Source: Verrucomicrobiota bacterium
Lineage (GTDB): Bacteria; Verrucomicrobiota; Verrucomicrobiia; Limisphaerales; CANJXF01
Reading direction: 5' to 3'
DNA: 64,000 nt
Assembly: GCA_038214755.1 (NCBI GenBank)
Contig: JBBQRQ010000002.1
Span: forward strand, 73,398 to 137,397
Shown here: in pieces, positions 10,247 to 18,256 of the stretch
Numbering within the stretch: the first letter of the stretch is position 1
Layout: each line of letters opens with the position of its first letter
Notes under the pieces: model-generated
Told to the model about the DNA's origin: nothing
Seen by the model: only the letters and a program-made list of their open reading frames with translations
Database searches by the model: none
Made by a program: the position numbers and the translations under genes

Positions 10247-10316
10247 GTCAAACAAGGGTCGTCCTCCCATTCGAGAACTTGCGCGTTCGTCGCCCCCGTC
10301 ATGTCAGCCCACGTTT

Positions 10317-11057
10317 TCACAACCAAATGTCCGTTCCTGCGGCGAGCCAGTTCGGAACCATCTTCTGATGCTGCCAGTGTTCGCTTTGCTGCACCTTCTC
10401 CACAAACTCCGGACGGACCAGTTTGGCGCGGCCTGTCACATAGCCGTCGGCCTCACTGCGAACGTAAAGTCCTTCCATCAAATTGTCGGTCTTGCCCGTG
10501 ATTGGATTTTCAAAAGCGCTGTCAAACGCCGATGGCACGATGAGCGATTCCAGTTCGTCTGCCTTGGCGCGACCGCGATGAACGATAGGCACAGTATGAA
10601 GGCCGGTTCCGTCCAACATTCGCTGACGAGCGGCGAGGTCGAGAAACTGCCCGGCGTCCTTGTCGTAAATGTCGAACTCGAAAAAGTAATGCGGTAGCTT
10701 GCAATAGTGGACGGAGTGCTTCGCGTAGAGCCATTCGCCGTAGAGGATAAACTGATTACCGAGCATTCCTTCGAGGACTGGGCGCTTCACCGAAGTCCAC
10801 TGCTTGAAGAGATCATATTGCGGATGCATGCCCTCGGTAATTTCGTGACCACGGCATTGCAGCACCATGCGTCCACGGGACGTGAAATGAATTCCAACGT
10901 TCGTGCCATCAATCTTCTCCGCCACAATCAACGAAGGGTCCGCGATCAACCTCTCAGATTCTTTTTGGCCAAGATGTTTGTCGCCAGCAGTTCCCTTCGA
11001 CCCGAACAGATGCGGTGTGCGTGGGTATTTGATAAAATCATCGCGGGTCGCTCCCAT
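10317..11057 (-). CDS. ATP-dependent RNA ligase family protein
   Basis: KYPRTPHL, motif I EKIDG, YGEW, EFDIYD, MEGLY, RAKLV. Confidence 0.85.
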   Translation of the reverse strand: MGATRDDFIKYPRTPHLFGSKGTAGDKHLGQKESERLIADPSLIVAEKIDGTNVGIHFTSRGRMVLQCRGHEITEGMHPQYDLFKQWTSVKRPVLEGMLGNQFILYGEWLYAKHSVHYCKLPHYFFEFDIYDKDAGQFLDLAARQRMLDGTGLHTVPIVHRGRAKADELESLIVPSAFDSAFENPITGKTDNLMEGLYVRSEADGYVTGRAKLVRPEFVEKVQQSEHWQHQKMVPNWLAAGTDIWL

Positions 11058-11123
11058 AGCAGTAATCGAGTTTGGTTGAATTAAGTTGGGAGAGCGAGCT
11101 TTGACGCCCGCTCTCCCGTTGTT

Positions 11124-11195
11124 TCATTCGTTCAAGAACAGTTTCCACTCCGTGATGCCGTGGGCGTTGCGGAGGAGCGCCGTGACCGGCAGTTT
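11124..11195 (-). pseudogene. Duplicated 3' end of the HNH gene
   Basis: LPVTALLRNAHGITEWKLFLNE* versus LPVTALIRNAHGIAEWKLFLNA* ending at 12549. Confidence 0.85.
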
Positions 11196-11222
11196 CCCGC
11201 CTTGCGCGACCGTGGTACGTTT

Positions 11223-12470
11223 TCACAGACAAGACCACGGGAGCGCCGTCACCTTGTCGTGTATTTGCAGCGGCTGACGGCAGCGGCAAATGATGTAGGC
11301 GTGCTTCGCGTGTTTCGGATGTTCACCCAAGAACGTCAGGAGATGACGCGCGTCGGAGAGCGTCGGGTTCTCCGTCCATTTCACTTCAATCGGCGTCAGG
11401 CCGCCTTCGCGCTGGATGATGAAGTCCACTTCCGCGCCGTCATGGGTGCGGAGGTAATGCAACGTGCCCGTGCCAAGGTATTGCAGGCGTTTCCAAAGTT
11501 CGACTCCCACCCATTGCTCGAAGAGCGGGCCGGGATTCGCCAGCACCACATCGGTGTTGGGCCGCAACCCGGCGGCGGCGTGGCGGATGCCGAGGTCGAA
11601 GAACAGGAAGCGGTCGGTGGAGAGCAGATTTTTTCGCGGGCTGCCGGAATATGCTGGCAGACGGAAGCCGAGAAACATGTCTTCCAAAAGCTGGTAGTGG
11701 CTCTTGATGGTCGGCACGGACAGGCCTACGTCCTTGGAAATTTTGTGGTAGTTCACCATCTGCCCGGACTCGACGGCGGCGAAGCGCAGGAAGCGCACGA
11801 ACGCGGGCCAGTCCTTCACCATCGCTTCGCGCCGCATTTCCTCCTCCAGATGAAGTTGCGTGTAGGCGTGCAACATCTCGGCGCGATGCGCTTCGTCAGC
11901 GGTGACGACGCCCGGGAGTTCGCCGAAGGCGAGTCGTGTGAGCAGGTCGGCGCGCGGAAATGGTTTCGTCGGGCGCTTCCCGTCCGGCCAGTCGAGCGGC
12001 AACGGCGGCGGGGCGTCAAACTCAGCGGGCGATTCGGCAGGCGGGCGTTCAGTCAGCGTGAGCGGAAAAAGGCGGTGCAAAAAGCTGCGGCCCGGCAGAA
12101 GGTTCGCGCCGGTCTGCCGCAACTTGCGCGCGGAACTGCCGCAGAGGATGAACCGCCAGCGTTTCTTGTCTCCGTCGTAAAGATGCTGCACGGCGTCGAA
12201 CAGCGCGGGCACGTTTTGCGCCTCGTCCACGAACACCCACGCGCCGCCTTCGCGCTGTCGCAGGCCACGGCAAAGTGCGATGAGGTCGTCCGGGTGGTTG
12301 AGATATTGCGCCCGCACCTTCGGAATGGAGAGGTCAATGCGCGCGGCGTGCGGCGGCAGGAGATTCTGAATGAGGGTGGATTTGCCCGTCTGCCGCGCGC
12401 CGAACACGATATGCACATACGGGGCGGCGAACTTCTTTCGCCAAAGGGATTCGGGCCAGCGGGTGAACAC
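11223..12470 (-). CDS. AAA_14 + DUF4143 ATP-binding protein
   Basis: GARQTGKS, FVDEAQ, CGSSARKL, EVDFII...IEVK. Confidence 0.9.
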   Translation of the reverse strand: MFTRWPESLWRKKFAAPYVHIVFGARQTGKSTLIQNLLPPHAARIDLSIPKVRAQYLNHPDDLIALCRGLRQREGGAWVFVDEAQNVPALFDAVQHLYDGDKKRWRFILCGSSARKLRQTGANLLPGRSFLHRLFPLTLTERPPAESPAEFDAPPPLPLDWPDGKRPTKPFPRADLLTRLAFGELPGVVTADEAHRAEMLHAYTQLHLEEEMRREAMVKDWPAFVRFLRFAAVESGQMVNYHKISKDVGLSVPTIKSHYQLLEDMFLGFRLPAYSGSPRKNLLSTDRFLFFDLGIRHAAAGLRPNTDVVLANPGPLFEQWVGVELWKRLQYLGTGTLHYLRTHDGAEVDFIIQREGGLTPIEVKWTENPTLSDARHLLTFLGEHPKHAKHAYIICRCRQPLQIHDKVTALPWSCL

Positions 12471-12484
12471 GGCTTGGTTTTAAT

Positions 12485-12520
12485 CGCCTGTTATTGAAAG
12501 TCAACTTTCAATAACAGGCG
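12485..12520. promoter_or_regulatory. Perfect 36-nt palindrome upstream of AAA-DUF4143 gene (candidate operator)
   Basis: CGCCTGTTATTGAAAG tcaa CTTTCAATAACAGGCG. Confidence 0.5.
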
Positions 12521-12548
12521 TTTAATGAAAACGCGATTCGCGCGCACC

Positions 12549-12806
12549 TCAGGCATTGAGGAACAGTTTCCACTCCGCGATGCCGTGCGCGTTTCGGATG
12601 AGCGCCGTCACCGGCAGTTCCTTCGGCGCGCGCGGAACGTTGAGCAATTTCAATACGGCTTCGTGCGGCAGGCGGTTGCCCTTTTTCGAGTTCACCGCTT
12701 TGTTCGCCCAGACGCAATTCTCCCACGCATCTTTTCCGCCGCGCGAACGTGGCAGGATATGATCGATACTGCCTTCCTCCGGCTTCAGAATTTTGCCGGT
12801 GTATTG
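12549..12806 (-). pseudogene. HNH endonuclease, 5'-truncated
   Basis: QYTGK...SIDHILPRSRGGKDAWENCVWANKAVNSKKGN; upstream sequence is tRNA-like and gives no credible start. Confidence 0.75.
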
Positions 12807-12827
12807 GACCAGCCTCCCGGAATTGAA

Positions 12828-12905
12828 TGGTGCGGCAACCGGGAGTTGCACCCGGACGAACGGAAGACTTGCAGGTCGCCGCCTGGGCTACTCGGCTAAT
12901 AGGAC
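12828..12905 (-). tRNA. Chimeric tRNA-like pseudogene (Cys-GCA-like 5' half fused to an unrelated 3' half)
   Basis: GTCCTAT-TA-GCCG-AGTAGCCCA-GGC-G-GCGAC-CTGCAA-GTC ... CCGGG-TGCAACT-CCCGG-TTGCCGC-A-CCA; acceptor halves do not pair. Confidence 0.6.
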
Positions 12906-12913
12906 ATCAATCG

Positions 12914-13160
12914 TTACTCTCGGAAGTAATGATCGCGCCGACTTCCGTCATAGCAGCCAGACTGCAATCAACAATTTTTGAAAGCTGCGTCCTGAGCCGC
13001 ACGAACAAAGATCGTTGCGTCCGAGCTTTTCATGAAGCTCCTTAGTTCCATAAACGATGCGGGAACCTTTTTTCAAGCGAGTTTCCGATGGATACCCTTT
13101 GCGACGTTTGCTGGTGATCTCGAAAAAACGGGCTGTCTTGATGAACCGATTGATTTCCCT
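12914..13160 (-). pseudogene. SEC-C (GRNDxCxCGSG) small protein split by +1 frameshift, degenerate
   Basis: Frame 0 ...[17 protein letters not shown]; +1 frame [25 protein letters not shown] followed by AGG where ATG is expected. Confidence 0.7.
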
Positions 13161-13280
13161 TACGGCCTCCGGCTTAGGGGTTGTGGTTGTGAATAACTAA
13201 TGCTTGAAATTTTTTCCTTCTAACGCGACAACAGAACTGCGCGACGAACAGCTTTGATCCAAATACCGGCTTTGAGATCT

Positions 13281-13360
13281 TTGTGCCGGGGCGTGGATTG
13301 CTCCTCGGAGCAGTATTCCGCTTGCGGAAGCGCCTATCTCCTTTGAGCGTTCGCCGCGCA
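13281..13360 (-). ncRNA. Candidate structured RNA downstream of the His-like tRNA
   Basis: GGCG...CGCC closing two hairpins (TTCCGC-AA-GCGGAA and TGCTCC-GA-GGAGCA); T-arm-like GGAGCAATCC. Confidence 0.35.
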
Positions 13361-13374
13361 TTTACTTTTTGAAT

Positions 13375-13451
13375 TGGTCAGGAAGCCGGCATTTGCACGC
13401 GGACCGTCTCCTTCACAGGGAGAGATGCTGCTAATTACACCACGATCCTGA
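13375..13451 (-). tRNA. Non-canonical tRNA-like gene, anticodon GTG (His)
   Basis: Anticodon arm TCTCC-CTGTGAA-GGAGA, D-arm GTGT-AATTAGCA-GCAT, T-loop TGCAAAT, encoded CCA; T and acceptor stems imperfect. Confidence 0.7.
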
Positions 13452-13456
13452 TTTGA

Positions 13457-13542
13457 GCGCGGAACGCAGAACGCGGAACGCGGAAAGAAAAACTCGCGCG
13501 CGATTGATCTGATTTCCACGTTCCGCATTCCGAGTTCCGCGT
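13457..13542. repeat. Heptamer-repeat hairpin spacer (GCGGAAC)n...(GTTCCGC)n
   Basis: Tandem degenerate 7-mers in inverted orientation between two tRNA-like genes. Confidence 0.7.
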
Positions 13543-13548
13543 TTGAAA

Positions 13549-13622
13549 TGCTCCCACGTGGACTTGCACCACGAACCTTCTCCTTCGCAGGGAGACATGC
13601 AGTTCTATTACACCTTGAGAGC
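13549..13622 (-). tRNA. Non-canonical tRNA-like gene, anticodon GCG (Arg)
   Basis: Acceptor GCTCTCA/TGGGAGC, anticodon arm TCTCC-CTGCGAA-GGAGA, T-arm CGTGG-TGCAAGT-CCACG. Confidence 0.75.
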
Positions 13623-13630
13623 GGAAAGAA

Positions 13631-13715
13631 ATTTACGATTTACGAATGACGATTTACGCGGGCAAATCCAAATCGTCAGCCGACTCGTAAATCGTAAATC
13701 CAAAATCGTAAATCG
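13631..13715. repeat. Heptamer-repeat hairpin spacer (ATTTACG)n...(CGTAAAT)n
   Basis: Tandem 7-mers in inverted orientation. Confidence 0.7.
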
Positions 13716-13718
13716 AAA

Positions 13719-13746
13719 TGGTATCCGTGGCCGGACTTGCACCGGC
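13719..13746 (-). tRNA. 3' fragment of a tRNA-like gene
   Basis: GCCGG-TGCAAGT-CCGGC-CACGGAT-A-CCA; 5' part missing. Confidence 0.6.
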
Positions 13747-13863
13747 TAGGTGGTGGAGATGAAGCGGTCGCGGAAACGTTTTAAAACGTCGCAAATAAAA
13801 GGAGCGGCATGACGGTGAATGAGTTGTTGATATTTTTCATAGCGGGAAAGTGGCCGGAACCCT

Positions 13864-13982
13864 CCACCGTTTCGAGTCTTTTCGTCGGCCTGCGCTACGC
13901 TCCGGCCTCCTCCAAGACTCGAAACGGTGGGAAGAATAAATCACTGAAGGTTTGATCGCACACACTGAAGGTTTGATCGCAC
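13864..13982. mobile_element. Probable IS-end relic: 17-bp hairpin plus tandem 20-nt duplication
   Basis: CCACCGTTTCGAGTCTT...AAGACTCGAAACGGTGG; CACTGAAGGTTTGATCGCAC twice. Confidence 0.35.
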
Positions 13983-14025
13983 CGCGACAGCTACAAATCT
14001 GAGTCGTGGCGACGGCGCGCTGCTC

Positions 14026-14096
14026 GTAGCCGCCGACGTGAGGAGGCGGATTCCGATCGGAAAACCACGAAACCGCCTCCTCACGTCAGCGGCTAC
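14026..14096. repeat. GTAG-type REP doublet
   Basis: GTAGCCGCCGACGTGAGGAGGCGG...CCGCCTCCTCACGTCAGCGGCTAC. Confidence 0.8.
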
Positions 14097-14143
14097 AACT
14101 TATGAAATTTTGATGGAGCGCGAACCAGATTTTTCCCGGAGAT

Positions 14144-14542
14144 TTATTCCTTTTTCTTTTTGAAAAATCTTGGGCCAGCCTCGCCTTGTCGTTGTTGAAC
14201 TTTGAGTTGGCCAAGAATGGAGACCCAACCGATAAAAATTTTATGCCATTGATTTTCCATGCTGCGGATGACGCCATCGGCCATTTCGCTGAGGTAGCGA
14301 ATGGAGGGCGCGCTCGAGATCAGGGCGAGGACGTCTTCCTTGGTCGGGGAGGGGCATTCCACGGAAGCGAGGATCAACTCCATTTCCTGAACGATGACGC
14401 TTTTGACTTCGAGGAATTGGATCTCGTCTTCGCTGCTGAATTTTTTTGAGCGGGCGAGGTTGACGAAATAATTAAATTGCTTGAGGCATTCCAAATAATT
14501 TTCCAACTGCAGGATGAGTTGTTCGTGGTCTTGGTGGCGCAT
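14144..14542 (-). CDS. Hypothetical helical protein
   Basis: 132 aa ORF tightly linked to upstream operon. Confidence 0.7.
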   Translation of the reverse strand: MRHQDHEQLILQLENYLECLKQFNYFVNLARSKKFSSEDEIQFLEVKSVIVQEMELILASVECPSPTKEDVLALISSAPSIRYLSEMADGVIRSMENQWHKIFIGWVSILGQLKVQQRQGEAGPRFFKKKKE

Positions 14543-14547
14543 AAAAT

Positions 14548-14850
14548 TTAATCGTTGTAGGGCTGAAGTCCTTTTGGTTTGAGAAAAATAATGGCTCCGC
14601 CGCGAAGCTCGCGCGCGGTGATTTTAAAGCCGCCATAACGCACGATAATTTCGGACAGAGGCAAAGCGGCCTTGCGCGCATCCTGGAATACGCCCAAAAC
14701 GGTGCCGCTGATCTCGCCCATGTATTTTTGGGAGAAGGAATGCGGCAAGGTCGAGGCGAGCAAACGGCCCAGCGCATCGACGGTGAAACTGCCCGAAGGC
14801 AACCGCGCCAGTTTCGGAATCGGTTTGGAAAAAATATTTAAGAAGCCCAT
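14548..14850 (-). CDS. Small hypothetical protein, possibly roadblock/profilin-like fold
   Basis: MGFLNIFSKP...SGSFTVDALGRLLASTLP...ITARELRGGAIIFL; ATG at 14850. Confidence 0.6.
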   Translation of the reverse strand: MGFLNIFSKPIPKLARLPSGSFTVDALGRLLASTLPHSFSQKYMGEISGTVLGVFQDARKAALPLSEIIVRYGGFKITARELRGGAIIFLKPKGLQPYND

Positions 14851-15914
14851 TTGATTGAGATGTTTTTTAAGGTTTCGTAAAGTTGGTCCGCGCTCAACGT
14901 GCGCTTGAATCCAACGCAAAGTTCCGTGTCGCCGCGCGAGGCGATTCCTATGTGCCGCTGCAATCCCAGCCCTTCAACCTGCTTTAAATCGCCCGCCTGC
15001 AATTTTTCTCCGAGGTCGCGCAAGCGTTTTTGGGTTTGTCGGGTCCACGCCGCGACCGGGCTGGAATTTTCCAGTCCCCAGGAATCCGGCGCGGCTTTTT
15101 GATCGGCGGGAACGGTCATGACAAATTCCACGCCATCGATGCGCGAGAGAGCGGCCAGCGGGGAGCGCGTCAAAAATTTCGTGTCGCACGCGGCGGTTTG
15201 CGCGGAGGATTCCGAACCTTTATTCTCGTCAAAGGCCTGGGCGAAATCCAGAAGCAATCCTTGATAGGGAGTTAAGATCACCCGCACATGGTCCGGTTCA
15301 CCAGGCAAAATCTCGAAGCTGCCATTTTTCCACGACAAAATTTCTTTGAAAGCTGCTTCGCCACTCATGGTCAAGGTCGCCGCATCCATCACTTCGCCAT
15401 CCGTCACCCAAATATTTCCCTGCCGGCCTTCCTTCGTGATTTTCAAAACAGAGGAACTGTGCGAGAGACATTCCAATTGGATCAGATCAACCAGGCTCTT
15501 GCTTTGGATTCCGCGAAACCCGTTATCGACCTGCTGGCCGAGCAAGGATTCGATGCACTCGCGGAACAGATTTATTTCCTCTGACGTGCTGGGCTTTTCC
15601 CAAAATAAATCGATGCCCATGGCGTAAGCGCGAGTCCGATATTGTTCATCGACCACCGCCGTCATCACGACGATTCGCAGTTGAGGAAATTTCCGGCGCA
15701 CGATGGAGAGCACTTGCAGTCCATCCATCTTGGGCATCCGCAAATCAGAAATGAGCATCGTAAACGGCTCGGATTCCAGTATGGCAATGGCGCGCGCGCC
15801 GGAAGTGGAGGTGTGGATTTCCGGCTGGCTGGGCAATTGCCGGAGGACCTCCTGAAACAAATCGAGCAAGTCCTGCTCATCATCCAGCAGTAAAATTTTA
15901 TGGGGTTGGGACAT
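14838..15914 (-). CDS. Response regulator: REC + DUF4388/PATAN + degenerate C-terminal domain
   Basis: ILLLDDE, SDLRMPKMDG, KP; GFRGIQSKSLVDLIQLECLS...GEAAFKEILSWKNGSF. Confidence 0.85.
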   Translation of the reverse strand: MSQPHKILLLDDEQDLLDLFQEVLRQLPSQPEIHTSTSGARAIAILESEPFTMLISDLRMPKMDGLQVLSIVRRKFPQLRIVVMTAVVDEQYRTRAYAMGIDLFWEKPSTSEEINLFRECIESLLGQQVDNGFRGIQSKSLVDLIQLECLSHSSSVLKITKEGRQGNIWVTDGEVMDAATLTMSGEAAFKEILSWKNGSFEILPGEPDHVRVILTPYQGLLLDFAQAFDENKGSESSAQTAACDTKFLTRSPLAALSRIDGVEFVMTVPADQKAAPDSWGLENSSPVAAWTRQTQKRLRDLGEKLQAGDLKQVEGLGLQRHIGIASRGDTELCVGFKRTLSADQLYETLKNISIKWAS

Positions 15915-16032
15915 TGGTCTTGAAAATCAGGACATTTTAATTTGGCGCAAAAAATGCGAACCGCACAGAACGAATGAAAATGCAATCAGTGAAAATAACC
16001 GCGACAGCCACACTTTATTAAAGGTTAAAAAC

Positions 16033-17631
16033 ATGTTTGGATCACTCAAAAAATTATTCCGTAAGGACATGGACGCTGGCCTAGCTACTTCTATTCCAGA
16101 GACATTTCATTCCACCGCAAGCCCCTCGTGGGCGTCGCGTCCGGATGCGCCCGCCACCATGACGTTTTCTCCCGAAATTCTCGCCCCTACTCCTTCTCTT
16201 ACGGGAGTGGCAAGTTCGGTCGAGATTGTGGCATTGCCGGTGAGAAGCATCCTGGCTTCGTTGCCCAGTACGCTAACTTCTCTTGTCCAATCTCAGGGCA
16301 ACGGCTTTGTCAACCTGTCCGCAAAGCGGATTTTGCAAGAGCTACCTAAGGGTTCGGTAAAACTTCCTTTTGCCGAAATTCGGCACGCCGCTCCCAATGG
16401 AACTTTTTTCGACAACGCGCGTTTCGATCAGATGCTGATCGAACTGCCGCTGGCCGAAATTTTGTCGCGGCTCCATCCTTCTCTCTTGTCGCGCCGCGCC
16501 AATCAAAAACAAACTTTTGTCTCGCTGGAAGTCACCAATATTTTCGGTCCGCGCGGTCAGGGTATTTCGATTAGCCAGCCTGAGAGATCGTTCAAGCCCG
16601 CGCCAGCAGTCGGTGAGACGACGAATGCCCACGATGCGACGCCCACCGCCATGCCGACGTTGGCCATGCCAATTGCAGTTCCAATCGTGTCTCACGTTCC
16701 GCAACTCCGAGTGCTGCCCCCCGAACCTGCGCTCGCCGGAAATGCGGATCGGCTGGAAATCCCGATCGCCGCTCTTTTCGAAAAATGGCCGCAAGCCATT
16801 CGGAGGGAGATAGCGGAATCTGATTTGATTCAGGCAACGATTTCTTTTCCGATGGACAAGATTGAGCCGTTACTGAAAGCCGGAAAAATTATTTTTACCT
16901 GGCAACAAATCTGCCAATGGATGCAACCGCGCGTCAAAAATGTTTCCGCCGAAGAGGATCTGCCCCTTGAGTTGCCGCTCGAAATCGTCGCGCCCCTTTT
17001 TATGGCGCAACACCGCCCGGCCAAAGCACAGAAGAAAATTTCCATGGGCGAAATCCCGGACCTGTTCACCAACCTCAAAACGGAGCGAGTCGCCGTTTTG
17101 AAACACGAAATCACCGCGCCGGTCCTGCACCTGGAATCCATCGCGGCGCCTCCGAAAATAAAACCATTCGTGATGCCCGTGGCAGTAGAATCTGTTCCTG
17201 CGCCGGTTGAAATAGAACCGGCGGTCGCGCCGATCCAGCCAGAGAATCCGGTCGGAGAAATTTTTGGGCGCGCGGAAAAACAGGATTGGTCACCCGGCGA
17301 GATCGTGAAAAATTTGGCGGCAATGCCCGACTTGGATGGAGCATTCATCGCCATGCAGGACGGGCTGCTGGTCGCAGCAGAATTACCGGGGAAATTCAAA
17401 GCGGAAACGGTCGCCGCTTTTCTCCCGCAAATTTTCGGACGCATGAATCAATACGCCAAAGAGCTTCAACTAGGCGGTCTCTCCAGCCTGGCTTTCGAAG
17501 CGGAAAACATTTCCTGGCAAATCGTGAAGGCAGAAGGCGTCTATCTCGTGGTGCTGGGCAAACCGGGCCGGGATTTACCGAAGGCAACACTCAACACAAT
17601 CGCGAACGCAGTCAGCAAACAGATTCAATAA
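16033..17631 (+). CDS. Roadblock/LC7 (MglB-like) C-terminal domain protein with Pro-rich linkers
   Basis: C-terminal GAFIAMQDGLLVAAELP...AETVAAFLPQIF. Confidence 0.75.
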   Translation: MFGSLKKLFRKDMDAGLATSIPETFHSTASPSWASRPDAPATMTFSPEILAPTPSLTGVASSVEIVALPVRSILASLPSTLTSLVQSQGNGFVNLSAKRILQELPKGSVKLPFAEIRHAAPNGTFFDNARFDQMLIELPLAEILSRLHPSLLSRRANQKQTFVSLEVTNIFGPRGQGISISQPERSFKPAPAVGETTNAHDATPTAMPTLAMPIAVPIVSHVPQLRVLPPEPALAGNADRLEIPIAALFEKWPQAIRREIAESDLIQATISFPMDKIEPLLKAGKIIFTWQQICQWMQPRVKNVSAEEDLPLELPLEIVAPLFMAQHRPAKAQKKISMGEIPDLFTNLKTERVAVLKHEITAPVLHLESIAAPPKIKPFVMPVAVESVPAPVEIEPAVAPIQPENPVGEIFGRAEKQDWSPGEIVKNLAAMPDLDGAFIAMQDGLLVAAELPGKFKAETVAAFLPQIFGRMNQYAKELQLGGLSSLAFEAENISWQIVKAEGVYLVVLGKPGRDLPKATLNTIANAVSKQIQ

Positions 17632-17643
17632 AGGAAACAACGT

Positions 17644-18255
17644 ATGGCAATTATCAATCAGGCAACCAAAGAGCTTCAGGTAAAAATCGTTTACTACGGC
17701 CCCGGTCGCGGTGGAAAAACGACCAACCTCGAACAACTGCACAGCAATGTGCAAAACGTGCAGGAAAAAGGAAAACTCGTCTCGCTGGCGACCAGCTCCG
17801 ACCGCACGTTGTTTTTCGATTTCCTCCCCATCGAAGCGATGTCGATCAAAGGTTTCAAAACCAAATTTCAACTCTACACCGTGCCGGGACAGGTCATTTA
17901 TAACACGACGCGCCAACTCGTTTTGCGCGGCGTGGATGGCATCGTCTTTGTGGCCGATTCGCAATACGACAAGATGGCCGAGAACGTGGAAAGTTTCGCC
18001 AACCTCGAAGAGAACATGAAGGCATTGAAGTTGAACCTGGGCGACATCCCGTACGTTCTGCAATACAACAAGCGCGATTTGCCCAACGTGGCGCCAGTGG
18101 AATACATGGATTTTCTTTTGAACAATCGCGACGTTCAAGTCCCGTCGTTCCCCGCCTGTGCGACCCGATGCGAGGGCGTCTTCGACACGCTCAACATGAT
18201 CACCCGGCTGTTGCTCCATAAATTTATCAACGAAGGAACGCGCAAAGTGGCTTGA
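17644..18255 (+). CDS. mglA: MglA-family small GTPase
   Basis: KIVYYGPGRGGKTTNL, DRTLFFDF, LYTVPGQ, QYNKRDL. Confidence 0.92.
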   Translation: MAIINQATKELQVKIVYYGPGRGGKTTNLEQLHSNVQNVQEKGKLVSLATSSDRTLFFDFLPIEAMSIKGFKTKFQLYTVPGQVIYNTTRQLVLRGVDGIVFVADSQYDKMAENVESFANLEENMKALKLNLGDIPYVLQYNKRDLPNVAPVEYMDFLLNNRDVQVPSFPACATRCEGVFDTLNMITRLLLHKFINEGTRKVA

Positions 18256-18256
18256 T

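Noticed and set aside
9839..10270. 143-aa ORF containing MNAKDFLRL
   Set aside because: Read-through of the rtcB remnant into REP sequence
12807..12851. Predicted N-terminus of the HNH ORF
   Set aside because: Translates the tRNA-like 3' end; not HNH coding sequence
12968..12970. TGA at a Cys position of SEC-C as selenocysteine
   Set aside because: No convincing SECIS seen, and the gene shows other decay (lost start codon)
13942..13982. 20-nt direct repeat as a CRISPR array
   Set aside because: Only two copies with a 1-nt gap, no spacers and no cas genes
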